The notes beneath the pieces are model-generated. The model was given only the letters and a program-made list of their open reading frames with translations, ran no database searches and was not told the DNA's origin. The position numbers and the translations under genes were made by a program. From positions 224,001 through 288,000 of the forward strand of contig CAWCMR010000015.1 of assembly GCA_963796685.1 (NCBI GenBank): 64,000 nt of DNA, read 5' to 3'. Every line of letters starts with the position of its first letter. Within the stretch, counting starts at the first letter, position 1. Origin of the DNA: an uncultured delta proteobacterium. Lineage in GTDB: Bacteria > Myxococcota_A > Polyangia > Fen-1088. This document shows positions 18,326 through 27,934 of the stretch, in pieces.

Positions 18326-19722
18326 ATGCCCACTCGCGATGTGCTAACATCGGATGCTACTGTGACCGTCGTTTCACTCAGGAGCGCAGCGAAGACGTTT
18401 CGCTCCCGGCTGCTCGCCTTCTCGCTCCTTTCCTCCTGGCTTGTCTCGGTGGGGTGCGTGGATCTGACGAGGCCGTGGGACAAGGTCACGGCGCAAGGTG
18501 GGACTTATGGTGGCCAAGGCGGTGCTGGCGGCGGGATATTGGATGGCGCCGGTACCGGTGGCGCGGGCGCTACGCCTGGCCAGGACGTTGGCGGCGGGGT
18601 CGGAGGAATCGGCGAGGTCGATGCGCCCTTGAGCACAGGGGGAGCCATTGATGCGCCTTTCTCGGGCGTCGGGGGCGGTATCGATGCGCCTTTCTCTGGT
18701 AATGGGGGGGCTGGCGACGCGCCACAATCTGGCGCCGGCGGCGCAATTGACACGGGTACGCAGGTGGGAACTGGCGGCGTTTTGGGATCGGGTGGCGTCG
18801 GAGTAGACGCTCCGCCCTTGGGCAGTGGTGGCGCAAGCGGAGGTCGAGACGGTGGGATTGACGGCGCTCTCCCGGTCACGGGCGGTGCGACTGGCACTGG
18901 TGGTGTGATCGGCACCGGCGGTGTGATCGGCTCCGGTGGTGTGGTCGCCACCGGTGGTGTGGTCGCCACCGGTGGTGTGATCGGCTCCGGTGGTGTGCCT
19001 GGCACGGGCGGCGCCGATCCACTTCTCGTCGGGCTGCTGGTTTACTACCCCTGTGACAGCATGACCGGAACAAACACGCTCCCGGACAAGTCGGGCAACG
19101 GGAACAACGGGACGCTGTCGGCAACGGGCACCAGCTTCACTACAACTGGCTACAAGGTGGGCACCGGCGCTTTGCTCTTGGCCTCTGCCAGCAGCGGCTA
19201 CGTCACGATGCCTCCTGCGATATTTCGTGGACTCACCGACATCACCATCGCCACCTGGGTGAAGGTCGTAACGGCCCAGACCTGGCCGCGAATCTTCGAC
19301 ATAGGCATCAACGCCGGCGTAACGCTGAACCCGAGCACAGGCACCAATACGTACACGTATATGAGTCTCGTGCCCCAGAACGAAGGCTCCCCTCCCAACC
19401 TAGTGTTCGCCATTACCAAGTCCGGTTTTCCCGGGGAGCAGCAGCTTGCCAATCCCACTCCTTCGACCGGTGTTTGGCAACACGTTGCGATCGTCCTGGG
19501 CGCGGGCTCAAGCCGCTCTACATCAACGGTACGCTTGTCCCCTCCAGCACCTCCGTCACACTGCGGCCGGCTGATCTCGGCACCATCGACTACGCCTTCA
19601 TCGGCAAGTGCCAGTTCTCACATGATCCCTATTTCGACGGCCAGATCGACGATTTGCGCGTGTACAGCCGGGCGTTGTCCGCCAGCGAAGCCCAGGCTCT
19701 CTACCAATTCACGGGACCATAG
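18326..19722 (+). CDS. LamG-like jellyroll lipoprotein with Gly-rich repeats, frameshifted near 19513
   Basis: SVGC lipobox; YYPCD...DKSGNGNNGTL, TIATWV, WPRIFD, WQHVAI; continues in another frame as LYING...FDGQIDDLRVYSRALS. Confidence 0.8.
18901..18996 (+). repeat. 18-bp in-frame tandem repeat encoding GGV(I/V)(G/A)(S/T)
   Basis: About 5 copies of ggtggtgtg(a/g)tcg(g/c)c(a/t)cc inside the LamG lipoprotein linker. Confidence 0.8.
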
Positions 19723-19765
19723 ACCAGCTCAACGGGTGATGAGATGGCCATGGAGGCGACCTGGC

Positions 19766-20173
19766 CTACGGCCACTTGTTCCTGACCCGCTGGATTTCCC
19801 GACGGTCGCGCTTGGTGGGGCGGCCGCCGGTGTCGAAGGTCAGGGTGGACGCGTTCTTCAGTTGGAACGCCAGCAACTCGCGCGCTTGGCGGCTCTCCGC
19901 GGTCTCTTCCCAGAGCGTTGCCGCGGCGGTGCCCGAGCCCCTCGTGCCGGAAACCCCGCGCACGACCACGGTTTGGGAAAAAGGCGGCCGGCGAATCGTG
20001 ATGACATCGCCAATGGCCACCACGCGGGATCGCTTGGCGCGGTCGTCCCCGAGATCCACCTTTCCCCCATCCACCGCTTCCGCCGCCAGCGATCGCGTTT
20101 TGAAGAACCGGGCCGCCCACAGCCACTTGTCCAACCGGACGTGGACGTTGGCGGAATCATCGGTCTTGGACAC
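19766..20173 (-). CDS. hslR: Ribosome-associated heat shock protein Hsp15 (S4 domain)
   Basis: VRLDKWLWAARFFKTRSLA...GRPTKRDRR. Confidence 0.93.
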   Translation of the reverse strand: MSKTDDSANVHVRLDKWLWAARFFKTRSLAAEAVDGGKVDLGDDRAKRSRVVAIGDVITIRRPPFSQTVVVRGVSGTRGSGTAAATLWEETAESRQARELLAFQLKNASTLTFDTGGRPTKRDRREIQRVRNKWP

Positions 20174-20185
20174 GGCTTGCTCGTG

Positions 20186-20434
20186 TTACCCGACCGGCAA
20201 CCCGGAGACGATGATCTTGCGCAACTCTGAAACCGGCAGTGTCTGTCCCTGCTTCGTCTCCTCGAAAATGATCTGGGCCATCGTCGCTGCCGTGAGATCT
20301 TTGCCGGTAGTTTTGTGGAGGACCTGGATATCATCGCCCGCCCGGATGATCGCGGCGATCTGCGCCAGGGTGATGTAGTGGCTCTCCTGCGTGTCGTACA
20401 GCTTTCTGTTCGCGTAGCGTCGGATGGTCCTCAT
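20186..20434 (-). CDS. PhaR-like PHB-accumulation regulator DNA-binding-domain protein
   Basis: IRRYANRKLYDT..S.YITL..I...I..G...TGKDLT...AQII.E. Confidence 0.85.
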   Translation of the reverse strand: MRTIRRYANRKLYDTQESHYITLAQIAAIIRAGDDIQVLHKTTGKDLTAATMAQIIFEETKQGQTLPVSELRKIIVSGLPVG

Positions 20435-20515
20435 GGGCAGAGAATCTCACGAACCGGGACGAAGGGGTAGGGCGTCTGGCGAAGGATAGGGCATCCAGCG
20501 ATTTGTCTGTTCCGG

Positions 20516-20544
20516 TTGCGAGTGAGCACTCACTCATATAGAAA
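20516..20544 (+). promoter_or_regulatory. sigma70-type promoter containing a palindromic (probable TetR) operator
   Basis: TTGCGA(20516)-N17-TAGAAA(20539). Perfect inverted repeat GAGTGAG-ca-CTCACTC at 20520-20535. Confidence 0.7.
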
Positions 20545-20551
20545 CGGCACC

Positions 20552-21178
20552 ATGGGTACCGGTCGCCGGCGCGCGCCTCCGATGCCGCTGGACGAGCGGC
20601 GGGCGAGCATCGTCGAGGCCGCGCTGCCGCTACTCCGCAAGCACGGCGACAAGGTCACGACCGCGCAGATCGCAAAGGCCGCCAGCCTGGCCGAGGGCAC
20701 CCTGTTCCGCGCGTTCCGCGACAAGCCCGAGCTGATCGAGGCGACCCTGTGCGCCGCGTTCGATCCGGCGCCGGCCGAGGCGAAGCTGCGAGCGATCGAC
20801 TCAGCGCTGGGCCTGCGCGATACGCTGATCGCCGCCGTCGAGATCCTGGCCCAACGGATCGAGCAGGTCTGGCATCTGATGACCATGCTGGGGCGCACCA
20901 TGCCAGCGGATCGGGCGCGGAGCCGGGCGCGCGGCTGTCGCCGCCCCACCGAAGATCCGGGCGCGCCGGTCCGCGGCTGCCTGACCGAGCTGCTCGAAGC
21001 CCACGCGGGCGAGCTCCGCTGTCCGCCCGAGAAGGCCGCTCGCCTGGTCCACGCGATGGCGTTCGCGGGCACCCATCCCCGTCTCGCCGGCCCCCGCCCC
21101 CTGTCGCCGGCCGAGGTCGTCGACGTCGTGCTCGAAGGCATTCGCGCGCGGACACGCGAGGACGAGGAGAACACCTGA
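20552..21178 (+). CDS. TetR/AcrR family transcriptional regulator
   Basis: ERRASIVEAA..L....G..TT.QIA.AA..AEGTLFRAF.DK HTH. Confidence 0.92.
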   Translation: MGTGRRRAPPMPLDERRASIVEAALPLLRKHGDKVTTAQIAKAASLAEGTLFRAFRDKPELIEATLCAAFDPAPAEAKLRAIDSALGLRDTLIAAVEILAQRIEQVWHLMTMLGRTMPADRARSRARGCRRPTEDPGAPVRGCLTELLEAHAGELRCPPEKAARLVHAMAFAGTHPRLAGPRPLSPAEVVDVVLEGIRARTREDEENT

Positions 21179-22914
21179 TGCTCTGGCGGTTACTCCGCAC
21201 CTACCTCCGTCCCTACGGCAGGTCCCTCGCGGTGCTGATCGTGCTCCAGATCTTGAGCACCGTGGCCAATCTCTACCTGCCTTACGTCAACGGCGACATC
21301 ATCGACCTCGGCGTCGCCAAGGGCGACACCCACTACATCCTCGTCCAAGGCGGCCTGATGCTCGCCATCGCGGCGCTGCAGATCGGGTGCGCGATCGCCG
21401 CGGTCTACGTCGGTGCTCGGGTCGCCATGGGGTACGGTCGCGACCTGCGCGACGCGGTCTTTCACCACGTCGGCCGGCTGTCCGAGCGCGAGGTCGGCAA
21501 GCTCGGCGCGCCCTCGCTGATTACCCGCACGACCAACGACGTCCAGCAGATCCAGTCGCTGCTGCAGATGAGCACGACCATGTTCGTGATGGCGCCGATC
21601 ATGTGCGTGGGCGGCATGGTCATGGCGCTGCGCACGGACCTGCCGCTGTCGCAGCTTCTCCTTGTCGCCATCCCTGTCCTCGTCGGCGCGATGGGCTTCC
21701 TGATCAGCCGGATGGTGCCGAAGTTCCGCGCGATGCAGCCCAAGATCGACACGGTCAACCGGGTCCTGCGCCAGCAGATCACCGGCATGCGCGTCGTGCG
21801 CGCCTTCGTACGCGAGCCCATGGAGGGCGCTCGCTTCGAAGACGCCAACGAGGACCTCACCGGTGTCGCGCTGGCGGTCGGCAAGCTCCAGGCCCTGATG
21901 TGGCCGATGGTCATGCTGGTCTTCAACGCGTCGACGGTCGCCGTCCTGTGGTTCGGCGCCCACCGGGTCGCGTCGGGTGCCATCGGCGTCGGCGCCCTGA
22001 TTGCGTACATCAGCTACCTGATGCAGATCCTGGTCGCCGTCATGATGACGACCTTCCTGTCGATCATCATCCCCCGTGCCTCGGTCTGCGCCGAGCGCAT
22101 CCTCGAGGTCCTGGACACCGTGCCGCGGGTCGCACCACCGGCCTCGCCGGTCACGCCGGCCGAGCTGACCGGCGTCGTCGAGCTGCGCGGCGTCGAGTAC
22201 CGCTACCTCGGCGCGGCGGCGCCGGTCCTCGCCGACATCTCGTTCGTCGCGCGTCCCGGCCGGACCACCGCCATCGTCGGCGCGACCGGCGCCGGCAAGA
22301 CGACCCTGCTTGAGCTGATCCCGCGCCTCAGCGACCCGACCGCCGGCGCCGTCCTCATCGACGGCCTCGACGTGCGCGAGCGCCAGCCCGAAGAGCTCTG
22401 GGCGCGGATCGGCGTCGTCCCGCAGCGCTCGTACCTGCTTTCGGGCACGGTCGCGTCCAACCTTCGCTTCGGCAACCCTGACGCCACCGACGCCGAGCTG
22501 TGGGAGGCGCTGGCGGTCGCCCAGGGCGACGACTTCGTCCGCGCGATGCCGCAGCAGCTCGAGGCGCCGATCGCCCAGGGAGGGACCAACGTCTCCGGCG
22601 GGCAGTGTCAGCGTCTGGCGATTGCGCGCGCGCTTCTGCGCCGGCCCGCGGTCTATCTGTTCGACGACTCGTTCTCGGCGCTCGACCAGACGACCGAGGC
22701 CCGGCTGCGCGCGGCGCTCCGGTCGCACACCCAGGGCGCCACGGTGATCGTCGTCGCCCAGCGCATTTCCAGCATCCGCCACGCCGAGCAGATCCTGGTC
22801 CTCGACGCCGGCAGGATCGTCGGCCGCGGCACCCACGACGAGCTGGTCCGGACCTGCCCGACCTACGCCGAGATCGTGGCGTCGCAGACCGAGCAGCAGG
22901 AGACCGCGGCATGA
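21178..22914 (+). CDS. Heterodimeric ABC exporter subunit 1 (TMD+NBD)
   Basis: GATGAGKTT, VSGGQ, degenerate Walker B (FDDSFSALD) and switch (VAQR). Start overlaps the TetR stop. Confidence 0.92.
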   Translation: MLWRLLRTYLRPYGRSLAVLIVLQILSTVANLYLPYVNGDIIDLGVAKGDTHYILVQGGLMLAIAALQIGCAIAAVYVGARVAMGYGRDLRDAVFHHVGRLSEREVGKLGAPSLITRTTNDVQQIQSLLQMSTTMFVMAPIMCVGGMVMALRTDLPLSQLLLVAIPVLVGAMGFLISRMVPKFRAMQPKIDTVNRVLRQQITGMRVVRAFVREPMEGARFEDANEDLTGVALAVGKLQALMWPMVMLVFNASTVAVLWFGAHRVASGAIGVGALIAYISYLMQILVAVMMTTFLSIIIPRASVCAERILEVLDTVPRVAPPASPVTPAELTGVVELRGVEYRYLGAAAPVLADISFVARPGRTTAIVGATGAGKTTLLELIPRLSDPTAGAVLIDGLDVRERQPEELWARIGVVPQRSYLLSGTVASNLRFGNPDATDAELWEALAVAQGDDFVRAMPQQLEAPIAQGGTNVSGGQCQRLAIARALLRRPAVYLFDDSFSALDQTTEARLRAALRSHTQGATVIVVAQRISSIRHAEQILVLDAGRIVGRGTHDELVRTCPTYAEIVASQTEQQETAA

Positions 22915-24770
22915 CCAACCGGATCGACGGATCGCCGGCCTCGTCGCGGCCCGCGCCACGGCCCATCTTCCGCGGCGCGATGGGCGGCGGTTTCGGCCCA
23001 CCCGAGAAGGCCAAATCGTTCCGCGCGTCGGCCCGCCGCCTGCTCGGACGCCTCGGCCCCGAGCGCCCGCTGCTCGCGATCGTACTGCTCCTCGCGGTGG
23101 CCAGCGTCGGCTTGGTCATCGCCGGGCCCGCGATTCTCGGCCGCGCCACCGATCTCGTCTTCGGCCCGCTGCAGGCCCACCGGCCGATCGATTTCGTCGC
23201 GCTCGGCCGAATCCTGACGATCGCGCTCGCCGTCTACCTCGGCTCGTCGCTGTTCGGCTGGCTGCAAGGCCACTTGCTCAACGACGTCGTCCAGCGGACC
23301 GTCAAGCGGATGCGCACCGCGGTCGAGGACAAGCTGATGCGGGTGCCGCTGTCGTACTTCGACGGTCGCCCGCACGGCGAGATCCTGTCGCGCGTGACCA
23401 ACGATATCGACAATGTCCAGATGGGGCTCCAGCAGACCATGACCCAGATCCTCAACGCGATCCTGTTGGTCGTCGGGATCCTGATCATGTTCTTCGTGAT
23501 CTCTCCGCTGCTCGCCGCGATCGCCATCGTCACCGTCGGCGCGTCGGTGCTCACCTCCACCCGCATCGGCAAACACGCCCAGACGAGCTTCGTCGCCCAG
23601 TGGAAGCACGTCGGCGCCCTCAACGGCCAGATCGAGGAGGCGTTCACCGGCCACTCCCTGGTCAAGGTCTTCGGCCGCCGCGCCGACATCGAGCGCCGCT
23701 TCCGAGCCAAGAACGACGAGCTCTACGCTGCCGCGTTCCGCGCCCAGTTCGTGTCGAGCCTCATCATGCCGGCGATCGGGTTCATCGGGAACCTCAACTA
23801 CGTCGCCGTTGCGGTGATCGGCGGGCTGCGTGTCGCGGCCCACGCGCTCCTCCTCGGCAGCCTCCAGGCCTTCATCCAGTACTCGCGGCGGTTCACCCAG
23901 TCGCTCAGCCAGCTCGCATCCGTGGCCAGCGTCGTGCAGTCCGGCGTCGCCTCGGCCGAGCGGGTCTTCGAGCTGCTCGACAACCCCGACCAGTCGGCCG
24001 ACCGCGACGAGGCCGCCCTGCCGGCCTCGGTGCGCGGCGAGGTCCGCTTCGAGGACGTCTCGTTCCGCTACGCCGCCGCCGCGCCTCTGATCGAGCACCT
24101 GTCGCTGGTCGCTCGCCCCGGACAGACCGTCGCGATCGTTGGGCCGACCGGCGCCGGCAAGACCACGTTGGTCAACTTGCTGATGCGCTTCTATGACTTC
24201 TGCGCGGGCCGCATCCTGCTCGACGGCGTCGACACGGCGGCGGTGCCGCGTGCCGAGCTGCGCGCCCGGTTCGGCATGGTCTTGCAGGACACCTGGCTGT
24301 TCGGCGGGACGATCCGCGACAACATCCGCTACGGCAAGCCCGACGCCACCGACGACGAGCTGCTGACCGCGGCCAGGGCCACCTACGTCGACCGCTTCGT
24401 CCGTGCGCTGCCCGGCGGCTACGACACCGTGCTCGACGAAGAGAGCAGCAACCTCAGCGTCGGCGAGAAGCAGCTCATCACGATCGCGCGGGCGTTCCTC
24501 GCCGACCCGGCGATCCTGGTGCTCGACGAGGCGACCTCCTCGGTCGACACCCGAACCGAGGTCCTGGTCCAGCATGCGATGGCGACCTTGCGCGCCGGTC
24601 GGACCAGCTTCGTCATCGCGCACCGGCTGTCGACGATCCGGGATGCCGACGTGATCCTGGTCATGGACCAGGGCGCGATCGTCGAGCAGGGAACCCACGA
24701 CGAGCTGCTCGCCGCCCGCGGCCACTACCACGACCTCTACCACGCACAGTTCGCCGCCCCGTCCGCGTGA
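22911..24770 (+). CDS. Heterodimeric ABC exporter subunit 2 (TMD+NBD)
   Basis: GPTGAGKTT, LSVGEKQL, LDEATSSVD, IAHRLST. Confidence 0.92.
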   Translation: MTNRIDGSPASSRPAPRPIFRGAMGGGFGPPEKAKSFRASARRLLGRLGPERPLLAIVLLLAVASVGLVIAGPAILGRATDLVFGPLQAHRPIDFVALGRILTIALAVYLGSSLFGWLQGHLLNDVVQRTVKRMRTAVEDKLMRVPLSYFDGRPHGEILSRVTNDIDNVQMGLQQTMTQILNAILLVVGILIMFFVISPLLAAIAIVTVGASVLTSTRIGKHAQTSFVAQWKHVGALNGQIEEAFTGHSLVKVFGRRADIERRFRAKNDELYAAAFRAQFVSSLIMPAIGFIGNLNYVAVAVIGGLRVAAHALLLGSLQAFIQYSRRFTQSLSQLASVASVVQSGVASAERVFELLDNPDQSADRDEAALPASVRGEVRFEDVSFRYAAAAPLIEHLSLVARPGQTVAIVGPTGAGKTTLVNLLMRFYDFCAGRILLDGVDTAAVPRAELRARFGMVLQDTWLFGGTIRDNIRYGKPDATDDELLTAARATYVDRFVRALPGGYDTVLDEESSNLSVGEKQLITIARAFLADPAILVLDEATSSVDTRTEVLVQHAMATLRAGRTSFVIAHRLSTIRDADVILVMDQGAIVEQGTHDELLAARGHYHDLYHAQFAAPSA

Positions 24771-24822
24771 GCGCGCGCGGCGGGCCGCGCTTTCATCGTC
24801 GCCATTCGGCGCTCGATGACGA

Positions 24823-26454
24823 CTACCCGGCTGTGTGCGGCAGGCGCCGCGGGCGCCGCTTCCGATCTCGGCGCCACCTTGCCGCGAGGAGTATGCCACT
24901 GCCCATCAGGGTGGCCAGGCTGATAGCGACGCCGGGGTAGAACCCGACGGGGACGAAGGTCGCCTCGACGCGATTTTGTCCGGCGGGCACCGCGACCAGA
25001 ACATTTCGGCCGTGGATGCGAGCAGCCAAGCCGGCGGTTTGCCATTCGAGCCTGCGACGGCTGGTGTGCAGGGGCAGAAGCAACTCGGAGGGCCGGGTCG
25101 CACGCACGTCCCAGACCAATCTATTCGGCGAGGTCTCCACCACCGAAACGGTTGCTTCGCCGGATTCGACCCGGGGCAACACGGGTGACCACGGACGGGT
25201 GAGCACGGGATCGCCAGCCCCGAAATCCTGCCACGGCATCGTCTCGAGGTAGCGCTCGCCGACCAACAGTCCGAGCAGCGCCACGAGCAGCGGCACGCGC
25301 AGCCGGCGCCACCGCGCGTGGCCGGCCAGCCAAGACTCCACGAGGGGAAGGCCGCGTGCGGCGACCAACCAACAGCAAAACACGAATACCGAAAGCAGCC
25401 GCGCGGGTACGCGTTGCCCGGCGATCGTCCACGACCTGAAACCAAGGTCGACGGCCAATGCGAGGGCCAGGGCTGCGACCAGCACCAGGATCGATTCGCG
25501 GGCGCGGCGGGCGGCCCACAGGCCCGCCAGGAGGAGCGCCGCTCCGATGAGCCCCACCGACGCGTCCCGCTCCCACGAAAACGGCACCAGCGATCCGCTG
25601 TAGCCATGGCCCGAGGCGAAGACAGGACCCCCGATGGTCAGGGCTCGCGCGAGATCGCTGGCGGCAATACCCTGGAAGAGCTGGGGCGGCTCGAAGGCGG
25701 CAAATCCATAGGCCGAGGGCAGCACGCGGGCGGCGGAGAGCCCGACCGCGAACAGCAGCGCCAGCGCAAAGACCCGTAGCGGGGCGAGGCTGCGTTCCTG
25801 CGCCGCCCACAGCAAGGCCCAGGCCGCCAGCAGCGCGACCAGCCAGATGGCCGGGTGATGCTGCCCGGCGATGATGAGCAGGGCGATGATCCCGCCGAGG
25901 CCCATGGTGCGGACGGTGTCGCAGCCCATGGACACGGCCCGCTTGAAAAGCAAGGCCGCGAACGGCCACAGGTACACGCCGAGCACCCAATGGTGACCCA
26001 CGATGAAATTCGAGACGGGAAAACCTTGCAGCCCGAAGATCGTAGCCAGCAGCGCAGCAGTCAAGGGCGTGGCGCCCAACCCGCGCGCCAGCAGATAGGC
26101 CCCGCAGATGCCCGCGGTGGCGTAGGCGACGAACAGGAGCTTCAAGTATGCCTGGGCGTGCATGAAATAGAGCAGCCACACCATCGGGTTCAGGATCGGC
26201 GACTCCGGCAACGAAGCGAGGCTATGGGTCCAGGTCTCGTACTGCTTGGGCAGATACAGTGGAAGGGCGCCGTGCTCGCGCAGCGACATGTGAATCCACT
26301 CGTAGAAATGGACGTGTTGTTGCCAATCCAAGGCATCGAAGGAGCCGCCGAAAAGCAGCTTGTGGTAGTACGCGACCAGCGCGCCGGCGACCAGGGCGCC
26401 GGCGAGCAGCGCGCCTCCGGCGCGCCGGAGCGCGCTCGTGAAGCGAACCGCCAT
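24823..26454 (-). CDS. Polytopic membrane protein, YfhO/GT-C glycosyltransferase-like
   Basis: First TM followed by an acidic loop (FDALDW...G.LPL), more than 10 TM helices, a periplasmic C-terminal domain (VPAG...V...F.P) and a final TM. Confidence 0.55.
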   Translation of the reverse strand: MAVRFTSALRRAGGALLAGALVAGALVAYYHKLLFGGSFDALDWQQHVHFYEWIHMSLREHGALPLYLPKQYETWTHSLASLPESPILNPMVWLLYFMHAQAYLKLLFVAYATAGICGAYLLARGLGATPLTAALLATIFGLQGFPVSNFIVGHHWVLGVYLWPFAALLFKRAVSMGCDTVRTMGLGGIIALLIIAGQHHPAIWLVALLAAWALLWAAQERSLAPLRVFALALLFAVGLSAARVLPSAYGFAAFEPPQLFQGIAASDLARALTIGGPVFASGHGYSGSLVPFSWERDASVGLIGAALLLAGLWAARRARESILVLVAALALALAVDLGFRSWTIAGQRVPARLLSVFVFCCWLVAARGLPLVESWLAGHARWRRLRVPLLVALLGLLVGERYLETMPWQDFGAGDPVLTRPWSPVLPRVESGEATVSVVETSPNRLVWDVRATRPSELLLPLHTSRRRLEWQTAGLAARIHGRNVLVAVPAGQNRVEATFVPVGFYPGVAISLATLMGSGILLAARWRRDRKRRPRRLPHTAG

Positions 26455-26741
26455 GTAAACGATCACGGCCCCCAGTATACATCGACACCTTCTCTGCTCT
26501 GCGTTAGGCGATGTCATGGTGAGAAGTTTGCTGTGAGAAGAGCGACGGCGAGCCCACTTTCGGCCGCGCATTTGAGCACTCGAGTGGGTGCAAGGAGGCC
26601 TGGACGAGACCAAGTCTATTCGCATAAGCCTTTGTAATCATAAGTTAAATTGGCAGCATTATGCGGTATTCAGACAGCTTGATGCCGAATTGGCCGATCT
26701 CGCGCCAGCCCTTGACTTGCCCCTCGGCCTCTGCAACTATG

Positions 26742-26776
26742 TCGTTACGGAATTCACAGCGTGACTTCATGCACAG
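26742..26776 (+). promoter_or_regulatory. Two tandem degenerate Rex operator-like sites
   Basis: TCGTTACggaaTTCACAG and GCGTGACttcaTGCACAG compared with the Rex consensus TTGTGAA-N4-TTCACAA. They lie between a TTGACT (26712) and the rex ATG. Confidence 0.5.
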
Positions 26777-26793
26777 CGGTTCGGGGGCGGATC

Positions 26794-27483
26794 ATGAACA
26801 AGCGAAAAATACCAAGCCGGTGCGTAGAGCGACTCAGCATCTACAGGCGCGCTTTGCTTCAGGATAGGCGTCTGCATGGTCCCAGCATCTATTCCCACGA
26901 GCTGGCGTTCGCCTGCCGCCTGACGGCGGCGCAGGTGCGCCGGGATCTGATGCTCATCGGGTACAGTGGCAGCCCGACCTCGGGCTACGAGGTCAAACGG
27001 TTGCTCTCGTCCATCGGCTCATTGCTCGATCCGCCGAACGTGCGCGAGGTGGCCATCGTGGGTATGGGGCACCTCGGCCGCTCCATCGCGGCCTACCTTG
27101 TGAATCGGTCGCCCAAGATTCAACTGACCGCGGCCTTCGACGTGAAACCCGACAAGATCGGCGCCACCTTCAGCGGCGTGCCGTGCTACTCGGTGCAGAA
27201 GCTGGCCGAGGTGGTTTCGTCGAGGGGCATCGTCATCGGCATCTTGACGGTGCCATCCGAGAACGCCCAGGAGATGGCCGAGCAACTGGTCCGGGCAGGC
27301 GTGACGGGCATCCTCAATTTCGCCCCGGCCTGTTTGCACATTCCCGAAAAGATACACGTCGAGAACATCGACATGACGGTGGCGTTGGAGAAGGTCGGCT
27401 TTTTTGCATGCGGCAGCCATAGAAGAAAAGGAAACATCGATGACCACAGCAGCACGAGCAACATCGACCAAACCGCTCCTTAA
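26794..27483 (+). CDS. rex: Redox-sensing transcriptional repressor Rex
   Basis: IP.....RL..Y.R.L, S.ELA......AQVRRDL..G..G....GY.V, GMGHLG Rossmann motif, GILNFAP. Confidence 0.93.
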   Translation: MNKRKIPSRCVERLSIYRRALLQDRRLHGPSIYSHELAFACRLTAAQVRRDLMLIGYSGSPTSGYEVKRLLSSIGSLLDPPNVREVAIVGMGHLGRSIAAYLVNRSPKIQLTAAFDVKPDKIGATFSGVPCYSVQKLAEVVSSRGIVIGILTVPSENAQEMAEQLVRAGVTGILNFAPACLHIPEKIHVENIDMTVALEKVGFFACGSHRRKGNIDDHSSTSNIDQTAP

Positions 27484-27934
27484 GGAGTTCGGGGCGGCCA
27501 AGCGAGACAGTCTGATCCCGATCCTGCAGAAGGCGCAGGAGGCCCATGGCTATCTGTCCGAAGAGGCGATCGCGGAGATCGGACGCCACCTGAAATTGCC
27601 CGCCAGCAAGGTCTACGGCGTCGCGACCTTCTACAACCAGTTTCGCTTCACGCCCAAGGGCAAGTACCACATCATGCTGTGTCGTGGGACCGCCTGCCAC
27701 GTGAAGGGCTCGCTCAAGTTGCTGGACGCGGTCACCCGCACGCTGAAGTTGCAGGCGGGACAGACCACGCGCGACGGGATGTTCAGCCTGGAAGTCGTGG
27801 CCTGCATGGGCGCCTGCGGCCTGGCCCCGGCCGTGAGCATCAACGGCGAGATGTACGCCAAAGTCACCCCCAAGAAGGTCGGCAAGATCATCGATGAGTG
27901 CCGCGCCAAGGAGCAGACCCATGCCCGTGCTTGA
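27440..27934 (+). CDS. hydC: HydC/NuoE-like [2Fe-2S] subunit
   Basis: LIPILQ.AQE..GYL, GVATFY.QF, CRGTAC, CMGAC. Confidence 0.9.
   Translation: MTTAARATSTKPLLKEFGAAKRDSLIPILQKAQEAHGYLSEEAIAEIGRHLKLPASKVYGVATFYNQFRFTPKGKYHIMLCRGTACHVKGSLKLLDAVTRTLKLQAGQTTRDGMFSLEVVACMGACGLAPAVSINGEMYAKVTPKKVGKIIDECRAKEQTHARA

Noticed and set aside
26651-26665. Sigma-54 promoter for the rex-hyd operon (TGGCAGCATTATGC)
   Set aside because: GG-to-GC spacing is 9 rather than the required 10 nt.
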